A DNA stretch of 64,000 nucleotides, from positions 226,243-290,242 of the forward strand of contig JAOPTT010000004.1 in assembly GCA_051531975.1 (NCBI GenBank), given 5' to 3'. Below the pieces are notes generated by a model that did not search any database, was not told where the DNA came from, and was given only the letters and a program-made list of their open reading frames with translations. Within the stretch, counting starts at the first letter, position 1; every line of letters starts with the position of its first letter. Positions 59,818 through 64,000 of this stretch are shown here, piece by piece. The DNA comes from Spirochaetaceae bacterium (GTDB lineage Bacteria > Spirochaetota > Spirochaetia > DSM-2461). The translations under genes were made by a program, and so were the position numbers.

Positions 59818-60612
59818 TCATATCACGTAAGAATGAGATATCTTCTTATCGCTTTTATAGAATGTAGGTGATTCCCCTTGAAAATTTTTAAAGGCTTTCG
59901 AAAAACTATAGCTATCGTAAAATCCCAGTGACTGTGCTATTTCGTAAATTTTCATCTCAGTTTTTTTAAGAAGAATTTTAGCATGATTCATTTTTACTCT
60001 GTTAACGTGTCTTCCAAGGGATTCTCCACATAGCTCTTTAACCTGATCTGAAAAATAATTACTACTTTTCCCAAAATGACCTGCAATCTTACCAGAGGTG
60101 AGTTTTTCTCCAATATGGTTCTGAATGTAATTATCCAACTCATATAAAAGCAGATTATTAGGAGACATTAATAATCTAAGTGGTTTGTTTACATCTTCTA
60201 GCTCATCAAAAAGTTCAGCAATAGATGCGGTGTAATAGATTCTACCCCAGGGTGATTTTTTATCCCAAAGCTCACCGGTTGTTAATAACCGGTTGAAATA
60301 ACGAGAGTTTTTCAGATGAACACAGCTTGGGTAATGGTCTATTACACCAAATATGTCCGCTTTATTTAAAACAAAATGGTTATATCTGATACGGGAATTA
60401 TCTATGTAGGAACAAACATAATCTACATCTGGAAAAAAGAATAGAATATTCCCAGGGAGTAGATTATAAACCTTATCTTTAACAGTAAGCTCTATTTCCC
60501 CCTCAAGAATTACCCAGAAGTTGTAATCACTAATGGATCTGGACTCTAGGTAACCTTTGGGATGGGTTATTATACCTGTAGATTTAATATCAATATTGGT
60601 GTATTTATGCAT
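59818..60612 (-). CDS. AraC-family regulator
   Basis: N-terminal cupin; IYEIAQSLGFYDSYSFSKAFK. Confidence 0.88.
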   Translation of the reverse strand: MHKYTNIDIKSTGIITHPKGYLESRSISDYNFWVILEGEIELTVKDKVYNLLPGNILFFFPDVDYVCSYIDNSRIRYNHFVLNKADIFGVIDHYPSCVHLKNSRYFNRLLTTGELWDKKSPWGRIYYTASIAELFDELEDVNKPLRLLMSPNNLLLYELDNYIQNHIGEKLTSGKIAGHFGKSSNYFSDQVKELCGESLGRHVNRVKMNHAKILLKKTEMKIYEIAQSLGFYDSYSFSKAFKNFQGESPTFYKSDKKISHSYVI

Positions 60613-60686
60613 TTATAAGTATATTTTACATCTTTATCTTAAAATTAACCATGGGCTTTAAAGTTTAGCTAATTTAATATCCTTTT

Positions 60687-62414
60687 ATGATGAAAAATTA
60701 TCCAATATATACAAATAGAAAAGTATCCAACCTTCATGGACTTTGGGATTTTACATTCCTTGGTGGTGATATTAATAGTTCAGAAGTTGATCTTCAGAAG
60801 ATAAAGTTCGATGATGTTATGGATGTGCCAATGGCTTTTGATGCTACCCCTAATTATGCTGGAAAAAAAGGTCTGTTTGCCTATAGAACAATTCTGCAAA
60901 TAACTTCAAATACTAACTCCTTATTAAAAATAGGTGGAATGGGGATGTGGAATGCTTTTTATTTAGATGGGGAGTTGATCCATATTAATAGTCTTCCATA
61001 TTCAGGAATAACTATACCCATTCTCCCATCGGATAAAGAGTCCAGAGAACTTATTGTTCTGTGTGATAACCGTATTAATCACAATACAACGCCACTATTT
61101 AGTCATAGATTTGATTTTTATTCTTATGGTGGCTTTTTCCGATCAGTAGAACTTCATGAATTACCCACAAATTGGATTGATAGAGCATATATTACAACCC
61201 TGAATTTAGAAGAGGGTCTGTTAGGTGTTAAGCTTAATCTGAAAGGAACTGTTTCCAATGGAAAAAGTCTTATAAAAAAGTTAAAGGTATCAATATCATC
61301 TAAAGAGTTACCAATACAAAATCTACAGAATGAGGGGATGTCATTTAACTTTAATTTGAAGATCGAAAACCCGGTAGAGTGGAGTCTGGAGAATCCTTTC
61401 CTGTATCAGTTTTGTTTTGACTTAGGTTTTGACCAGGTAATAGAGAGTTTTGGTTTAAGGACTATTGAGACAAAGGGTAAGGACATTCTATTAAATGGTA
61501 AAGCTGTAAAACTAAAGGGTTATTGCCGTCATGAAGCACATCCACAATTTGGACCTGCTCTGCCCTATGGACAGTTGGTTCAGGACCTGCAGATACTTAA
61601 GGACTTAGGTTGTAATTTTGTTAGGGGTGCCCATTACCCCCAGGATCAGCGGTTTCTGGATCTGTGTGATAAACTAGGTATCCTTGTTTTTGAGGAGACT
61701 CTGGGTTGGCAGAATAACTCTGAAGACTTTAATAATCCAGATTATTTTACACAGCAGGAAGAGCAGACCAAGTTGATGGTTCGTAACTCTTTCAACCATC
61801 CTTCAGTTATTATATGGGGTTTTTTAAACGAGGGCGACTCTCATGAAGCGAGTTCTAAAGAGATGTATATCCGTCTTGCAGAAATTCTTAGGGAAGAGGA
61901 TTCATCCAGACTAATAACTTATGCAACTAACCATATTTTAGAGGATAAATACCTCGATCTTTGTGACATTATTTCAGTTAATATGTACCCTGGATGGTAT
62001 AGTCTGGGAGAGCATGCATGGTACAGCCAGGGGGAGGGGAGTGTAAGACCTCTTATGGAGATCGATAACTGTATTGATGTTGTTCAGAAACATCTATCCG
62101 TAACTGGGCAGGGTAAAAAACCCCTTATTCTAAGCGAAATTGGTGCAGGTGCAATATATGGATGGAGAGATCCTATCCAGGGGATTTGGTCGGAAAACTA
62201 TCAGGCTGATTATCTGGAAACGGTATGTAATCGTGTAGTAAATGATAAGGGAATCGCTGGTGTTTCACTGTGGCAGTTCAGTGATTGCCGGACTTATCAG
62301 ACTGCCCGAGCTATAGGAAGACCCCGATCCTTTAATAATAAAGGGATACTTGATGAGTATCGTAGACCTAAAATGGGCTATGAAGTTGTAAAAAAGATTT
62401 TTAGAAGCAACTAA
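60687..62414 (+). CDS. GH2 beta-glucuronidase-like hydrolase
   Basis: RHEAHP, RGAHYP, WGFLNE (acid/base), SEIGA (nucleophile) and the N-x-K motif in FNNKG. Confidence 0.85.
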   Translation: MMKNYPIYTNRKVSNLHGLWDFTFLGGDINSSEVDLQKIKFDDVMDVPMAFDATPNYAGKKGLFAYRTILQITSNTNSLLKIGGMGMWNAFYLDGELIHINSLPYSGITIPILPSDKESRELIVLCDNRINHNTTPLFSHRFDFYSYGGFFRSVELHELPTNWIDRAYITTLNLEEGLLGVKLNLKGTVSNGKSLIKKLKVSISSKELPIQNLQNEGMSFNFNLKIENPVEWSLENPFLYQFCFDLGFDQVIESFGLRTIETKGKDILLNGKAVKLKGYCRHEAHPQFGPALPYGQLVQDLQILKDLGCNFVRGAHYPQDQRFLDLCDKLGILVFEETLGWQNNSEDFNNPDYFTQQEEQTKLMVRNSFNHPSVIIWGFLNEGDSHEASSKEMYIRLAEILREEDSSRLITYATNHILEDKYLDLCDIISVNMYPGWYSLGEHAWYSQGEGSVRPLMEIDNCIDVVQKHLSVTGQGKKPLILSEIGAGAIYGWRDPIQGIWSENYQADYLETVCNRVVNDKGIAGVSLWQFSDCRTYQTARAIGRPRSFNNKGILDEYRRPKMGYEVVKKIFRSN

Positions 62415-62472
62415 TATTGGATTCACCCCAAATAATGAATAACTAAATATTGTTGAATTATTGTGGGGAAAT

Positions 62473-63222
62473 CTAATGATTCTTCCTAAAGTAACCAGGG
62501 GGAACCTGAAGATATTTTTTAAATATTCTTGAAAGATGATATTCGTTGTTTAATCCAGTTTTTGTTGCAATTTCATTAAAAGTAAGGTCTGTCGAAATAA
62601 CCAGATCTCTGGCTCTTTCAAGACGTATACGCCTTACTTCATCCATTGGTGTTCTGCCTGTAGACTGTTTATACTTTCTTAGAAAAGTATATTTATTCAT
62701 ATTAAATATATTTGCCAATATTTCTAAAGATAATGATTTATCTAAACGCTCAAATATAGATATTTTTACTTTCTGGACAAAGTCATCTATTTTTTTAAAT
62801 GCGTTTTTTTCTACTTCGTATAGAATCGTCTGTAACATGTTATCTTCAGCTTTTTCCTGGTTAACAATGGAATTTTTATAATCTGATAAAATCCATTCTG
62901 AAAGTATTCTTATTCGACCATGATTATCATGTATTATACGTGGGGGATTTATATCAGGTCCTTCCCAATCGAGGTATATTATTTCTAGTGGGATTTCCTC
63001 ACTATTCCACTCTTTATGAGGTGTCTTTTGTGGATAAAAGACAACGTCTCCTGCCTCTGCTATAAAAATTTCATCGTCAATTGATACTGTCATTTTACCT
63101 TGATAGATTATAATTATCTGATAAAAACTGTGGCTATGAAGATTCCTTTTCCAGGAAGAGGGGCAAATTAAACGTCCTCCATTAAAAAATAAGGGTTTGA
63201 TATTATTTCTATTATTTTCCAT
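62473..63222 (-). CDS. AraC-family regulator
   Basis: HSHSFYQ cupin; EIATKTG...HLSRIFKK. Confidence 0.88.
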   Translation of the reverse strand: MENNRNNIKPLFFNGGRLICPSSWKRNLHSHSFYQIIIIYQGKMTVSIDDEIFIAEAGDVVFYPQKTPHKEWNSEEIPLEIIYLDWEGPDINPPRIIHDNHGRIRILSEWILSDYKNSIVNQEKAEDNMLQTILYEVEKNAFKKIDDFVQKVKISIFERLDKSLSLEILANIFNMNKYTFLRKYKQSTGRTPMDEVRRIRLERARDLVISTDLTFNEIATKTGLNNEYHLSRIFKKYLQVPPGYFRKNH

Positions 63223-63460
63223 GTTTTTTTAGTATACCATAAAACTTATTAGGTTTTTATTAGACAAAATTAAAATCTGGTTATGAATTCTACATTTTCG
63301 AGAAATCACCCTAATATCTAGGGTGTTTTATACAATGATCTGAAATTTTTAAGGAGCTTCATCCAAAGATTGACCCCCATGACCTAAAGAATGGACTTTG
63401 ACGGTTGAAAAAACCAGTGTTAACATTTTTTTAGTGATTAAAAATTACACGGAGGATACA

Positions 63461-64000
63461 ATGAAAAGAAGATTTATTGCACTTTTATGTGCAAGCTTGT
63501 TAATTGGAACAATGGTTTTTGCTGGCGGTAACAACGAAGCTACAGCAGAGGTTGTGGAAGAAAATTCCACAAATGTTGAAGTATTACACTGGTGGACATC
63601 AGGTGGTGAAGCTGCCGCATTAAATGTTTTAAAGGATGATCTAGAAAAGAAAGGAATTTCTTGGACAGATTCTCCTCTAGCTGGTGGTGGTGGTGGAAAT
63701 GCAATGACAGTTCTACGATCTAGAGCTGTTGCTGGAAATCCTCCTGTAGCTGCACAGATGTTGGGTTTTGATATCCTTGACTGGGCTGAACTTGGTTTTC
63801 TTGCCAATCTAAATGATTTAGCAAAAGAAGAGAATTGGGATGCTGTAGTTCCTGAAGCATTAAAAGGATTCTCTAAATATAATGGAGTATGGGTTGCCGC
63901 TCCTGTAAATGTTCACTCAACAAACTGGGTATGGGCAAACAAAGAAATTCTTGACGATCTATCTATAGAAATTCCTACAACATGGGAAGAGTTTGTTACT
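63461..64000 (+). CDS. Sugar (glucose/mannose-type) ABC solute-binding protein, runs off the window edge
   Basis: Not in the ORF track. [17 protein letters not shown]...FAGGNNE...[16 protein letters not shown]...AGNPP. Confidence 0.85.
   Translation, partial: MKRRFIALLCASLLIGTMVFAGGNNEATAEVVEENSTNVEVLHWWTSGGEAAALNVLKDDLEKKGISWTDSPLAGGGGGNAMTVLRSRAVAGNPPVAAQMLGFDILDWAELGFLANLNDLAKEENWDAVVPEALKGFSKYNGVWVAAPVNVHSTNWVWANKEILDDLSIEIPTTWEEFVT

Noticed and set aside
1313..62881. Other short ORFs nested in or antisense to long genes (e.g. 23712-24152, 44447-44806, 46827-47201, 62546-62881)
   Set aside because: No RBS or recognisable motifs, and they overlap well-supported genes.
63445..63807. 120-aa - strand ORF
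   Set aside because: Antisense shadow of the sugar-binding protein that starts at 63461.
1..64000. CRISPR array, tRNA/rRNA, prophage or integrase
   Set aside because: I saw no regularly spaced repeats, cloverleaf or rRNA-like sequence, or phage/integrase ORFs.

Overview
AT-rich bacterial chromosomal segment, most likely from a free-living Spirochaetaceae member. This is an inference from the 'FAGG(Q/N)NE'-type solute-binding-protein N-termini and the gene repertoire. Contents in order: (1) 1-9101, a minus-strand locus with a sulfatase, carbohydrate ABC transporter, YesM/YesN-like two-component system and FAD oxidoreductase; three promoters share a phased ACCCAC-N15-(A/T)CCCAC box. (2) 9488-21108, mixed housekeeping genes: a small unknown ORF plus glmS, a zincin/beta-propeller outer-membrane protein, signal peptidase I, cellobiose phosphorylase, a DRE-TIM aldolase and DUF2147. 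(3) 21149-37929, an unsaturated-uronate polysaccharide utilisation locus: two heparinase II/III-family lyases, kdgF, kduI, kduD, kdgK, eda, IclR, a membrane AraC regulator and an AlgQ-like ABC transporter; a 44-bp motif precedes four of its transcription units. (4) 38097-59748, an accessory patchwork: SWIB protein, AIM24, beta-helix lipoprotein, OmpR-type two-component system, EctR/CosR-like MarR with an archaeal-type MfnA decarboxylase, an unknown protein coupled to a membrane LuxR, DUF2339, an ABC-2 exporter with a MerR-type promoter, a diguanylate cyclase, a Cache-like sensor fused to AlbA_2/Schlafen, HD-GYP and MntA/HepT. (5) 59818-64000, a GH2 glucuronidase, two AraC regulators and a truncated sugar-binding protein. 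I saw no rRNA, tRNA, CRISPR array or intact mobile element. The best candidates for undescribed systems are a possible compact ComQX-like signalling cassette (45810-47361) and a transmembrane receptor fused to a Schlafen/AlbA_2 domain (55862-57337). All family calls come from motif recognition by eye, not from database searches.
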